In this document: in pieces, positions 42,828-52,038 of the stretch
Position numbering within the stretch: position 1 is the stretch's first letter
Layout of the letters: every line of letters starts with the position of its first letter
Sequence record: LC483177.1
Source of the DNA: Klebsiella phage 05F01
DNA: 64,000 nucleotides
Strand: one strand, 5' to 3'
Made by a program: the position numbers and the translations under genes
The notes under the pieces: generated by a model
The model's input: only the letters and a program-made list of their open reading frames with translations
Database searches by the model: none
What the model was told of the DNA's origin: nothing

Positions 42828-43312
42828 ACTACGCAGGGTACATTTTTGGTGACCTTGTGAATGGAGAGGGAGCTAGATGTTCCCTTTTTGTTTCTGGTTG
42901 CTCAAGAGGTTGTGAAGGGTGCTTTAACAAAGAGACTTGGGATTATTCCTATGGTTCTGTGTATACAAAAGAAACACAAGAAATGATTCTAAGAGATTTA
43001 TCAAAAGGTTACATCTCAGGACTGAGTATCTTAGGAGGTAATCCTTTAGAGAGAAAGAATTTTGATGTAGTGTACAACTTATGTGAAGAAGTTAAAAACA
43101 CATTTACAAACAAAGACATATGGATTTGGTGTGGTCAAACTTTTGAAGAAATCTCAAATGATAGTAAATTTAGTAAGATATTGCCCTTGACAGATGTTTT
43201 GGTGGATGGTAAATTTATCCCATCGAAAGCGAATCCTTCCTTGAAGTGGAGAGGTTCAAGTAATCAGAACATTTGGGTTAAGAGGGATGAAGAGTGGATT
43301 ATTCAACATTAA
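42824..43312 (+). CDS. nrdG: anaerobic RNR activating enzyme (radical SAM)
   Basis: CSLFVSGCSRGCEGCFN cluster, and GGNPLE. Confidence 0.8.
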   Translation: MNYAGYIFGDLVNGEGARCSLFVSGCSRGCEGCFNKETWDYSYGSVYTKETQEMILRDLSKGYISGLSILGGNPLERKNFDVVYNLCEEVKNTFTNKDIWIWCGQTFEEISNDSKFSKILPLTDVLVDGKFIPSKANPSLKWRGSSNQNIWVKRDEEWIIQH

Positions 43313-43695
43313 GTGACCTTGAGATTGCTATCTTAGTAGGGAAACACTTTCCAGATGAGGTTATTGTTTCAGAAGATTATGCATACAAGTTAATTCCTTG
43401 TGCGGCATCTGCATATACAGGTATTGACTATGAAGAGGTTGATTTTGACCCTTGCAATAATGTTTATGATGCATGGAAGGTCATTGTTGAGAACCGGATT
43501 TTTATTGGCCCTATTTTTGTTAGTGATTGGTGTGCAACATCTGAATGTGATAGCTATCGTAGTATTAATAAAAACCCACTCAGGGCTGCTATGATTGTGT
43601 TCATTATGATGAAGGAAAGTGAGACAATTTCTAAATGTATGTTAGATAATCTCAAAAACACAGCTAAACATGAGGATTTCAATACTTATGAATAG
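43294..43695 (+). CDS. hypothetical protein (133 aa)
   Basis: ORF. Confidence 0.45.
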   Translation: MDYSTLSDLEIAILVGKHFPDEVIVSEDYAYKLIPCAASAYTGIDYEEVDFDPCNNVYDAWKVIVENRIFIGPIFVSDWCATSECDSYRSINKNPLRAAMIVFIMMKESETISKCMLDNLKNTAKHEDFNTYE

Positions 43696-44050
43696 CTCTT
43701 ACGACCTCATGGTAGATATTGATGGTAAGTTTTATGAATTTGATTTCGTAGAACAATTTATTCCTTATGGAAATAAAAGGTATCTGCACATTCCTTCACA
43801 TGGATACTTTGAATTAAAAAAGATGAAGAATCCACCTGCAAGTGAATGGTTGAAAATAATGAATAAAATAATTGAGTCAGGTATTCCTTGTGCTGTATGT
43901 GATTGTATTGCATACACTAAAGAATATATTGACTTCTTTGTAGCGCATACTGAAAAATTTATCCGTATGTTTTACACTGAAGAAGCGGGTAAGGTTAATT
44001 TTACTAATGTCGTCTTTATTGATGGACCAACTGAGTGGGGTAAAAGTTAA
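43670..44050 (+). CDS. hypothetical protein (126 aa)
   Basis: ORF. Confidence 0.45.
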   Translation: MRISILMNSSYDLMVDIDGKFYEFDFVEQFIPYGNKRYLHIPSHGYFELKKMKNPPASEWLKIMNKIIESGIPCAVCDCIAYTKEYIDFFVAHTEKFIRMFYTEEAGKVNFTNVVFIDGPTEWGKS

Positions 44051-44377
44051 ATGAAAGTAATTGTTAAAGAGTACATAGTAAAACCTGGTGACACTTTGTC
44101 AGGTATTGCTAAAGAACTGTATGGAGACTCGTCTACTTATCTCGATATAGCTGAGGTGAATAAAATTGAGAATACAAATCTTATTTTCCCTGGACAAGTG
44201 CTTAAACTACCTTATCCGGCAACAGATAAAAACTTTACCTTAGTTACAATTAAGCCTACAAGAGAGGCATTGGACAGAATCTCTAGTCTATTTTCACCAG
44301 GTTTCTGTGATGGAAGAATGGAGTATGCAATTTATGCAGCAGCTCTGGGAGTAGAAGAGCAATCTTACAATACATAA
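44051..44377 (+). CDS. LysM-domain protein
   Basis: YIVKPGDTLSGIAKELYGD...LIFPGQVLKLP. Confidence 0.65.
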   Translation: MKVIVKEYIVKPGDTLSGIAKELYGDSSTYLDIAEVNKIENTNLIFPGQVLKLPYPATDKNFTLVTIKPTREALDRISSLFSPGFCDGRMEYAIYAAALGVEEQSYNT

Positions 44378-44434
44378 GAACTGAAGAATAGCCTGCTGTG
44401 GGATCGGGAGTCTTTTACTGGCAGTAAAAATACG

Positions 44435-44462
44435 TTGACATCATAGAAATTGTATGTAGAAT
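44435..44462 (+). promoter_or_regulatory. sigma70-like promoter: TTGACA-16nt-TAGAAT
   Basis: Consensus hexamers with an A-rich upstream region. It precedes the TerC-family gene. Confidence 0.55.
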
Positions 44463-44510
44463 ATTTATCAAGAAGGGGGATGTCCCTCCTTCATAAACAG
44501 AGGAAAATAA

Positions 44511-45575
44511 ATGAACACTTTTATGAAATTTTACAAATGGCCCACATTCTTCTTTGTGTTGGCACTTTTAGCAGGGGCATGGATTGGCTTCGTTGAGGCT
44601 GGTGTAAGTGGAATGTTAAGTAGTGTATTGGCTGTTGGTATTCTGTGTATTCTTGAAATCTCACTGTCATTTGACAATGCGGTATTGAATGCTAAAAAAC
44701 TTCAAGATATGGAACAAAAATGGCGTGATTGGTTTATTAAGTGGGGGATGCTGATCGCCGTTTTCGGAATGCGCTTGGTTCTTCCTATCCTTATCGTATC
44801 TGTCTTAGGTGGAATGGCTCCGTGGACTGCTGTAAGCTTAGGTCTACATGACCCAGCTAAGTATGCAGAGGTGTTGCAAAGTAGCCACCATATTGTAGCT
44901 AGCTTTGGTGGTGCGTTCCTGATGATGGTTGCTCTTGAGTTCTTCCTTGATCATGAAAAAGATGTTCACTGGATGAAATGGATTGAATATCCTGTTAGTC
45001 ATATTGGTAAAGTGGGTATTGTTGCAGAAGCTTTCATTACACTTCTTATGATTATTGGAGCAAGTTTTGGTGCTCATGGAGATGATCAAGTGATGTTTAT
45101 TATCTCAGGTGTATGTGGTATCCTGCTCTTTGTGGGTATTCATTTCCTGAAAGAGTATCTTGAATCGAAGGATGAAGAGAAAGCAGCGGCATCTGTTGGT
45201 GCAGTAGTTAAATCAGGATTGGCTGGTGTTCTCTACCTAGAAGTTCTGGATGCATCTATGTCTTTTGATGGCCTGATTGCTGCATTTGCGATTACACAAT
45301 ATTTTCTTGTGATTATGTTAGGTTTGGGTGTTGGTGCCTTCTTTGTCCGAGAAATGACACTGCATGTTCTTGATAGTGGACATCTTGCTGAATTCCGTTA
45401 CCTTGAACATGGTGCTTTCTATGCTATCTTTTCTCTGGCTAGCATCATGCTCCTAAACTTCTTCTTTGAAGTCCCAGAAGTTGTCACCGGATTGATTGGT
45501 GTAGCATTCCTTACAGCAGCAGTGTGGCATAGTCATATCCTTAATAAACGTGAAGAGTCTCTTGTTACAAGTTGA
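44511..45575 (+). CDS. TerC-family integral membrane protein (DUF475/YceF-like)
   Basis: Multi-pass membrane protein with the LEISLSFDNAVLNA motif, the TerC family LS.DN signature. Confidence 0.55.
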   Translation: MNTFMKFYKWPTFFFVLALLAGAWIGFVEAGVSGMLSSVLAVGILCILEISLSFDNAVLNAKKLQDMEQKWRDWFIKWGMLIAVFGMRLVLPILIVSVLGGMAPWTAVSLGLHDPAKYAEVLQSSHHIVASFGGAFLMMVALEFFLDHEKDVHWMKWIEYPVSHIGKVGIVAEAFITLLMIIGASFGAHGDDQVMFIISGVCGILLFVGIHFLKEYLESKDEEKAAASVGAVVKSGLAGVLYLEVLDASMSFDGLIAAFAITQYFLVIMLGLGVGAFFVREMTLHVLDSGHLAEFRYLEHGAFYAIFSLASIMLLNFFFEVPEVVTGLIGVAFLTAAVWHSHILNKREESLVTS

Positions 45576-45578
45576 TAA

Positions 45579-45605
45579 AAAGCCCCGAAAGGGGCTTTAT
45601 TTTTA
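45579..45605 (+). terminator. rho-independent terminator: AAAGCCCC-gaaa-GGGGCTTT + ATTTTTATT
   Basis: Perfect 8-bp stem, GNRA-type loop and a T-run. Confidence 0.65.
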
Positions 45606-45634
45606 TTGACAGAATATCACTGGTAAGATAAGAT
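45606..45634 (+). promoter_or_regulatory. sigma70-like promoter: TTGACA-17nt-TAAGAT
   Basis: Lies immediately after the terminator. Confidence 0.5.
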
Positions 45635-45659
45635 GTATCTATCAAATGAAGAGGAGAAA

Positions 45660-46220
45660 ATGATGAACGTAACTAAAGATATGATTGATGCTTGGGTTAA
45701 GGATGCACCTGAATGGGCGGTAGGGATTGTTAAACGTGAAAGTAAACACGAACATAACAACTGTGCTTATGCATATGTAGGTGAAAAATTTGGGTATCAA
45801 TATATACTTTTTTCAAATGACGTATATCTTGACTATGTAGGTAAAAAATTTGCTTTTCAGGAATTTCAAACAGATGGTGATTCCTTCAAATATGAAGTGC
45901 TAGCGAAAACACATCAAGAACCTGTTGTTGGTGAAGATGTATTGGTCCACTTTGATGGAGATAATTCTAGTGTTTGGACGAAGTTTAAATTAGAATACCA
46001 GAAAGGTGACGTTGTTGTTCTATATGACTATCGTATTGAAGATGTAGAGACTTACAGATTTTCTCGTATCACAATGAAGAAATATGTTAAAACTGTAAGA
46101 GAAAATGCTATTGACCAGATTGCAAGTTTAATTGGTCGTGGGACTTTTGCAGAAGATGCTGAAGCAATCTATGATGCAATCAAGAGTAATGAGATCTCAA
46201 TTTTTACAGAGGAGAAATAA
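45660..46220 (+). CDS. hypothetical protein
   Basis: Start at MMNVTKD, which has a GAGGAGAAA RBS. Confidence 0.5.
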   Translation: MMNVTKDMIDAWVKDAPEWAVGIVKRESKHEHNNCAYAYVGEKFGYQYILFSNDVYLDYVGKKFAFQEFQTDGDSFKYEVLAKTHQEPVVGEDVLVHFDGDNSSVWTKFKLEYQKGDVVVLYDYRIEDVETYRFSRITMKKYVKTVRENAIDQIASLIGRGTFAEDAEAIYDAIKSNEISIFTEEK

Positions 46221-46221
46221 A

Positions 46222-46656
46222 ATGAAAAATAAATTTATGGTGGCGGTTGTTCTGTCTTGTGCATTTCTTTTTGGTTGTGATGAAGATGTGCAACAGACTG
46301 CTGTTCCGGTATATCAGCAAGAACCTAACCCGGCTCCTGTGGTTGTAAATAATCCCGCACCTGTTGTAGTTCAAAATCATGATAGTGGTATGGGAAGCTT
46401 TATTGCAGGTGCCTTAGTTGGACATGCACTTAGTGGTGGTAGTAACACACGGGAACGTGTTGTTGAGCACCATTATTATGACAATCGTCCTGCCTCTACA
46501 AGCAATTACCGTAGTAATGGAAGTAGTAGCTCTCAAACAAAATACTCTGCTCCTAGTAGTCGTATCCAGACAATGAAGACACAACCTACTAAACGTAGCA
46601 CTTATACACCATTTAGCCGTTCTAGTAGCTCTAAATATTCTTCACGTAAACGTTAA
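46222..46656 (+). CDS. putative lipoprotein (lipobox LFGC) with a Ser-rich C-terminus
   Basis: Signal peptide MKNKFMVAVVLSCAFLFGC. Confidence 0.5.
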   Translation: MKNKFMVAVVLSCAFLFGCDEDVQQTAVPVYQQEPNPAPVVVNNPAPVVVQNHDSGMGSFIAGALVGHALSGGSNTRERVVEHHYYDNRPASTSNYRSNGSSSSQTKYSAPSSRIQTMKTQPTKRSTYTPFSRSSSSKYSSRKR

Positions 46657-46657
46657 T

Positions 46658-47236
46658 ATGCAAACTGAAGAATCTATTAAAGTCTTGTGGCGTAAGGTGA
46701 TGACTGAACTAAAGGAACATCACCCTACCTACTATAAACTACTTCTTGACAACGGGTACCGTGTAGGAGTAAGATTTAAGCATAATAATTCTTTTGGGTG
46801 GGCAAATGGAGTGGAGAAACTTGCTATTATTAATTTGTTTCTACATAGGAATAGTAATGATAGTATGGTGGTAGATACAATGTGGCATGAGTTGGCCCAT
46901 TGCATTGATTACTGTAAAAGAGGGTATTCAGATCATGGACCTAAATGGAAAGCTATAGCATCTGAAATAGGTGCAACACCAGAACGTGTTTCAAAAAGAG
47001 CAGTAAAAGTTGATTATAAATATGTTTGTGTGTACAGAAAGAGTAGTGTAGAATACATAGTATTGAAAGGGTATCACAGGAAACCTCCAGGATATAAAGC
47101 TAATAGCTTAATGTCAGATACATTCCAACGTGGCAACAAAGAAGGTAGCTACGGAAAAGTTTGGCTATATACTTGGGATAAATGGAAAGATATCTGTGAA
47201 CAACTAGGCAAATCTCCATATAAAGAGGAAAATTAA
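46658..47236 (+). CDS. SprT-like zinc metalloprotease domain protein
   Basis: The HExxH motif in TMWHELAHCIDYC, followed by H.GP.W (SDHGPKWKAI). Confidence 0.55.
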   Translation: MQTEESIKVLWRKVMTELKEHHPTYYKLLLDNGYRVGVRFKHNNSFGWANGVEKLAIINLFLHRNSNDSMVVDTMWHELAHCIDYCKRGYSDHGPKWKAIASEIGATPERVSKRAVKVDYKYVCVYRKSSVEYIVLKGYHRKPPGYKANSLMSDTFQRGNKEGSYGKVWLYTWDKWKDICEQLGKSPYKEEN

Positions 47237-47818
47237 ATGAAAAAGTGGAAAGTGGTTAAAGGTGATGGTAATCTTTTTAAAAATGCACCCAAATGGTGTA
47301 CTCAAATTTCTTCCGATGAAGATGGAACTCGCCGTTATTATGAGGAAGCTTTTGGTGTTAATGGGGCAAAATTTCAGAACATTCGTGAAGGTGCTGTTTG
47401 GTGTTTGAACAATAAAGACACCTTTAATGATGGCCTTGTAGTTATCGCTGAACGCGAATTAATTGAAGAAAAAGAAACTTCACCTAAACGAGTTAAAGGT
47501 CCTAAGCAACCTAAGAAAACATCCAATAAAGTTGTTGTAAACTATAATACAGGAGAAACCTACACAATTAAAGGTGTTGCTAGTGTGTCCCTGGAAGATA
47601 ACTCTTTCCAAGTATTCAAAGAATACAAACACGTAAATGAAATATTTAAATTTAATGGGTGTGAATTCCCATCTAAAGATGTTGCAAGTATTGAAATTCA
47701 TGGGGTTAATAAGACATATATTATTCACAAAAGTGAGGATTTTACAAACAACTTTGCATTTGTAACACAAAGCGGGGATTTTATTCTTAGTAATAGTTTT
47801 TCCTTAGTTGATTTTTGA
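47237..47818 (+). CDS. hypothetical protein with a basic linker + conserved C-terminal module (3 of 3)
   Basis: PKQPKKTSNKVVVNYNTGETYTIKGV. Confidence 0.5.
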   Translation: MKKWKVVKGDGNLFKNAPKWCTQISSDEDGTRRYYEEAFGVNGAKFQNIREGAVWCLNNKDTFNDGLVVIAERELIEEKETSPKRVKGPKQPKKTSNKVVVNYNTGETYTIKGVASVSLEDNSFQVFKEYKHVNEIFKFNGCEFPSKDVASIEIHGVNKTYIIHKSEDFTNNFAFVTQSGDFILSNSFSLVDF

Positions 47819-47825
47819 GGTGACA

Positions 47826-48974
47826 ATGAAAAAAGTAAAACTAAGTATTGTTGAAGATTACGTAAGTCACTGGTCTTGGTGGGAAGGTGTCCGAGAACTT
47901 TTACAGAACGCCATCGATACAAAAGAATATGAAGTTGATTTTCTTTCCAATGCGATTAAGATCTCATCTCATGGAGGTAAAATACCTACACAAGCACTTC
48001 TGATGGGGCGCTCATCTAAGCAAGATGATGAAAGCACTATTGGTAAGTTTGGTGAAGGTATGAAACTTGGTTTTCTTGTCCTTATTCGTGAAGGTGCAAA
48101 AGTTCATGTTAATAACTTCTCAGATGTTTGGGAACCTGCTATGGAAATGGATGACACATTCGATCAGGAGATTCTGTGTGTGAATATTCATGAGAATATT
48201 TTACCAATGAATCAGAAAGTCGAAGTGGTGATTAATAATATCCCTAACCATGCTATGGCAGAGATTAAAGAGAAATTTGCACCACAAAAAGATTTAAAAG
48301 TGGCAATATCCAATGATAAGGGAACTGCTTACTTTAAAGATCGTGAAGGAAGTGATTGTAATTTATATGTTAGTGGGCTATTTGTATGCTCTGTTCAGGG
48401 TAAATACAAATTTGACTATGATTTCAAACCGGATGTGTTTGAACTCGATCGTGATAGGGATTCTGTTAGTGAGTTTAATGTTCAGTATTATGCATCACAA
48501 CTCATCTCTGAAAGTGACGATATCGAACTGTTGGTTGAACTTGCAATGGAAGAGTTTGACGATTTGAAATACTTTGAGGGTCGTAGAAAGAAAAACTCTG
48601 TAGGTAAATATTGGGGATGTTCATTAGATGAAAGTGAAGAAGATATTCTCACTGACCATGCTGTTGAACTTTTTGAAGAGAAGTATGGATATGATGCTGT
48701 CCCTATCAACGATTCCTGGAGTCAAGAGAAGAAATCCACTATCACAAAAGTGGCTATCTCTAAGGGATTTACTCCTATTGCAGTTAAAAAATCCCTTTAC
48801 AGTATGATTCAAGGTAGATACAATATTGAAGGTGAAGTTAACGAAATCTTGAAATTTGATGCTCTGGATTTCTTGGAGAATTTCCTTAAAAAATATGAGC
48901 GTAAGTTGTATAATAAGCCACGAAAAGAAATTGAGAATGTTATCTTCAAACTTAAACTTGCAAAAGAAAAGTGA
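47826..48974 (+). CDS. GHKL-type (HATPase_c, MORC-like) ATPase, tentative
   Basis: N-box ELLQNAIDT and G-box IGKFGEGMKLGF. Confidence 0.4.
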   Translation: MKKVKLSIVEDYVSHWSWWEGVRELLQNAIDTKEYEVDFLSNAIKISSHGGKIPTQALLMGRSSKQDDESTIGKFGEGMKLGFLVLIREGAKVHVNNFSDVWEPAMEMDDTFDQEILCVNIHENILPMNQKVEVVINNIPNHAMAEIKEKFAPQKDLKVAISNDKGTAYFKDREGSDCNLYVSGLFVCSVQGKYKFDYDFKPDVFELDRDRDSVSEFNVQYYASQLISESDDIELLVELAMEEFDDLKYFEGRRKKNSVGKYWGCSLDESEEDILTDHAVELFEEKYGYDAVPINDSWSQEKKSTITKVAISKGFTPIAVKKSLYSMIQGRYNIEGEVNEILKFDALDFLENFLKKYERKLYNKPRKEIENVIFKLKLAKEK

Positions 48975-48980
48975 GGTAGT

Positions 48981-50036
48981 ATGACAAGCCCTTTTAAACA
49001 ACAAACAGCTACAAAAGCTAAGTCACCGTTTGGTAACGTAGAGATTAAGAATAGTCCTATCAAGGCCCCAACTATTTCTAAAATTCCTAAAACACCTGTT
49101 ATCCGTTTGACTGAAGAAGAGATTGAATCCCTTGGAAGTGCTACTGGCACTTCTTTGAGGGCAGTATCTGGACAAATGCTGGCATTTCAACAGAACAATT
49201 CTAATGATGAAATGACCAGTCGTCTCAACACTATGATGCTGGAAGCTAAAAAACTTGATCCAGATTCTATCAAGCAAGCTAAAGGTATTTCTAAATTCAT
49301 TAAAAAGATTATGGGTGTAAAAGAAAACCTCTTTGCTGAATTTAAGACAATTGAGGCTCGCATTAATGAACTGTCAGAAGAAATTATGAAGGATATCCGA
49401 AAGCAAAATGATAGCTTGGTGTTCCTTGATAATTTAAAACGATCTGTAGGTGAGTTTCTACTTTCTATGGAACGTGACCTACAAATTCTGCAAGCAGAGT
49501 ATGAGAAGACTGAAGAAGACTTTAATATTGCTGATCCAGAAGACAAAAATGAACTACAGGCACGTCTTGACCTTATTTTAACTCGTGTTGCAGATATTAA
49601 AGGATTCAGAATCCTTTGTGTTCAGATGGGGCAGCGCATTGACAATATGAAGAAAACCAGTAAGATGCTTACTGTAGGTGCTAAGAACTTGCTAGAAAAA
49701 GCTGTTCCGGCTTATGCAGCATCTTTCTCCATTTACATTACAGCGAAAGAACAAGTTGAGGCTGCTAAAACTCAGAATAATATTATTGATGGATTTAATG
49801 ATGTTATTCAGAAAGGTAATGAAATGGCTAATGTTGCTCAAATTGAAGCAACTAAACTGTCAAATAAACAGACTGTTTCTCTTGAAACACTAAACCATGC
49901 TAAAGAGTCAATGTTCACTCTATTTGATGAAGTTGACCGCCTTAATAAAGAGGCTCGTGCAAACACACTTGAGTATATCAAAGCAGCAGATGTCCTTGAG
50001 TCCGATATTGCTAAACGTATTAGGGATGCCCGATAA
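48981..50036 (+). CDS. coiled-coil protein, possibly TelA-like (toxic anion resistance family). Low confidence.
   Basis: ~350 aa, long helical/coiled-coil content, and a position in a Ter-like neighbourhood. No diagnostic motif verified. Confidence 0.3.
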   Translation: MTSPFKQQTATKAKSPFGNVEIKNSPIKAPTISKIPKTPVIRLTEEEIESLGSATGTSLRAVSGQMLAFQQNNSNDEMTSRLNTMMLEAKKLDPDSIKQAKGISKFIKKIMGVKENLFAEFKTIEARINELSEEIMKDIRKQNDSLVFLDNLKRSVGEFLLSMERDLQILQAEYEKTEEDFNIADPEDKNELQARLDLILTRVADIKGFRILCVQMGQRIDNMKKTSKMLTVGAKNLLEKAVPAYAASFSIYITAKEQVEAAKTQNNIIDGFNDVIQKGNEMANVAQIEATKLSNKQTVSLETLNHAKESMFTLFDEVDRLNKEARANTLEYIKAADVLESDIAKRIRDAR

Positions 50037-50230
50037 TGAAAACTATTACATTGACACCACTAGAACTCATTACTATCATGGAAGATGCTTTTATTGATGG
50101 GTGGAATAAAGCAGAACAAAATGAATGGTGGGACCCAAAATTGTTCTTAGAACTTTATAAAGAGGAAGGTGATTCATCAGAAACCACAACTGCAATAGAA
50201 GATATTAAGGAGGAATACAATGTCTCGTAA
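50036..50230 (+). CDS. hypothetical acidic protein (64 aa)
   Basis: ORF with an ATGA overlap to the previous gene. Confidence 0.4.
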   Translation: MKTITLTPLELITIMEDAFIDGWNKAEQNEWWDPKLFLELYKEEGDSSETTTAIEDIKEEYNVS

Positions 50231-50939
50231 TGTGGAAGATCCAAAAGAGGAAGTATGTAAAGAGGGGAGTTTACATGACTACTCTATCACACACCCAGCA
50301 TATGGTATTGTTACGGTTACTCACCCAACAGGTGGTGAAATGAAATTGTTTGGTAGTGACATGAAGCATAATAACCGTGTGTGCCTAACTTTCTACAAGG
50401 CAGTGGAAGACCGTTCACTAAGTAACTCTTGGATACACGGGAAAGAGATTCTTATGGAAGTCGAACTATCTGAAACTCAGTGGGCTAGTTTAGTTAGCAG
50501 TAATATGGGAAGCCCTACACCGATCACTTATCGTCACTATCGTGATGGAAACTTGGTAAATGTCCCTCTTATTGGTCAACAGAAGACAGAAAGAGAGAAG
50601 TTTAGTAAGGAATACCAGGATACTATCAGAACCCACATGGAGCGTGGTCAAGCTGCTTTAGCTAAACTTATGGAGCTTAAAGAAAAAGGTAAAGCTGGTA
50701 AAAAAGATATTGACGACCTTATCAGTATTATGCAACAATCATTAGGTAGATTCGCGGCAGATACAGTTTTCTCTGCTAAATGCTTTGAAGAAGTTATGGA
50801 GAAAACTGTTACACATGCTCAAGTTGAGATTGAGAATTCAATCAGCAACCTGGCAAAACGAATTGGCGCGGAACATTTAGGTATTAGCTTAGATAAAAAT
50901 TTATTAAGCAACATTAAAGAGGAAGACAATGACAATTAA
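50220..50939 (+). CDS. hypothetical protein (239 aa)
   Basis: ORF. Confidence 0.5.
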   Translation: MSRNVEDPKEEVCKEGSLHDYSITHPAYGIVTVTHPTGGEMKLFGSDMKHNNRVCLTFYKAVEDRSLSNSWIHGKEILMEVELSETQWASLVSSNMGSPTPITYRHYRDGNLVNVPLIGQQKTEREKFSKEYQDTIRTHMERGQAALAKLMELKEKGKAGKKDIDDLISIMQQSLGRFAADTVFSAKCFEEVMEKTVTHAQVEIENSISNLAKRIGAEHLGISLDKNLLSNIKEEDNDN

Positions 50940-51201
50940 GTTTGATAAAGTTAAGAAAGAAAATCAAAGTGATGTAGTGACTAAGTTTAGATATCTTGGT
51001 TTAGGTGAAACTTTTATGTATGAGGCTGCATACCGTTCTGATGGCCTAGATTTGGAGACTAATGTCTTATTTATTAAAACTGACCATAATACTGCGTTAG
51101 AACTTAACTATACAGGCAATAACTGTACTTGTGATGATGATTTAGGAGTTGTTGCTGTAGATTTAGAAGTTAGTTCTGTAAAACTGAAAGGAGAAAAATA
51201 A
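50929..51201 (+). CDS. hypothetical protein (90 aa)
   Basis: ORF. Confidence 0.4.
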   Translation: MTIKFDKVKKENQSDVVTKFRYLGLGETFMYEAAYRSDGLDLETNVLFIKTDHNTALELNYTGNNCTCDDDLGVVAVDLEVSSVKLKGEK

Positions 51202-52010
51202 TGAGTAAAATTTCACTACAAAAACGTCAAGAGGTTCTTAAAATTAGCCTTAAAAAGGCTAATGTATCCGACAAGCTTACACTACGTGTTGCTTGCGCAT
51301 TAGATATTTCAAGTAGTATGCAAAATCTCTATCGTAATGGTAGTGTTAGTGAGTTGGTTGGAAAGCTACTTCCTTTTGGTATGATGTTTGATGATAATGC
51401 ACAGATTGATATGTGGGCTTTTAATCATGGGAGCAGTGAACTTCCTCCTGCTACAGAATCTGTTTACGATGATTATGTAAATAATTGCATGAAAAATATT
51501 TCTATTAGTGGTGGAACTAATTATGCACCTGTTATGGCAGATATCTATAACGAATACTTTGGTGGTGGAATTGTTACCAAGACCGTGTATAAAGAAGTAG
51601 AAGTCGATGAATATGTTCCAGCTAAGGGTTTTATGGCTAAATTAACAGGTAAAAAAGAACTTGTTAAAGTCAAAAAACAGGTATCTGAGCAAGTTGTCGA
51701 TCATGAAGCAATGGCTAATGTTGATACTACTCCTGCTATGGTTTTCTTCCAGACTGATGGCTCCAATTCAGATGAAAGTGCTGTAATTAGTTTGTTAAAT
51801 CGAAACAAAGATAAACCTATCTATTGGTTTATGGTTGGTGTAGGTGACCCACGTTACTTTGGATTCATCAAACGTATCTCTGACGAATTTGATAACGTTG
51901 ATTTTATTTCTGTAAAAGACCTTGACTTGTCAGATGAAGAACTTTACAATAAACTTCTATCTGGCGAATTTGGTCAGTGGATTAAAACTGTTGGTGTTAA
52001 AGGCGCTTAA
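51201..52010 (+). CDS. vWA-domain protein (TerY-like) with a TerD-like N-terminal ISL.K...ISLKK motif
   Basis: MIDAS motif DISSSM, plus ISGGTNYAPV. The N-terminus MSKISLQKRQEVLKISLKK mirrors the TerD N-terminus. Confidence 0.55.
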   Translation: MSKISLQKRQEVLKISLKKANVSDKLTLRVACALDISSSMQNLYRNGSVSELVGKLLPFGMMFDDNAQIDMWAFNHGSSELPPATESVYDDYVNNCMKNISISGGTNYAPVMADIYNEYFGGGIVTKTVYKEVEVDEYVPAKGFMAKLTGKKELVKVKKQVSEQVVDHEAMANVDTTPAMVFFQTDGSNSDESAVISLLNRNKDKPIYWFMVGVGDPRYFGFIKRISDEFDNVDFISVKDLDLSDEELYNKLLSGEFGQWIKTVGVKGA

Positions 52011-52038
52011 TAATTTAAATAAATAAGGAGATATAAAC

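Noticed and set aside
48313-49546. Multiple alternative-frame and antisense ORFs across the GHKL and TelA-like genes
   Set aside because: They are nested in longer, better-supported + strand genes with low-complexity translations.
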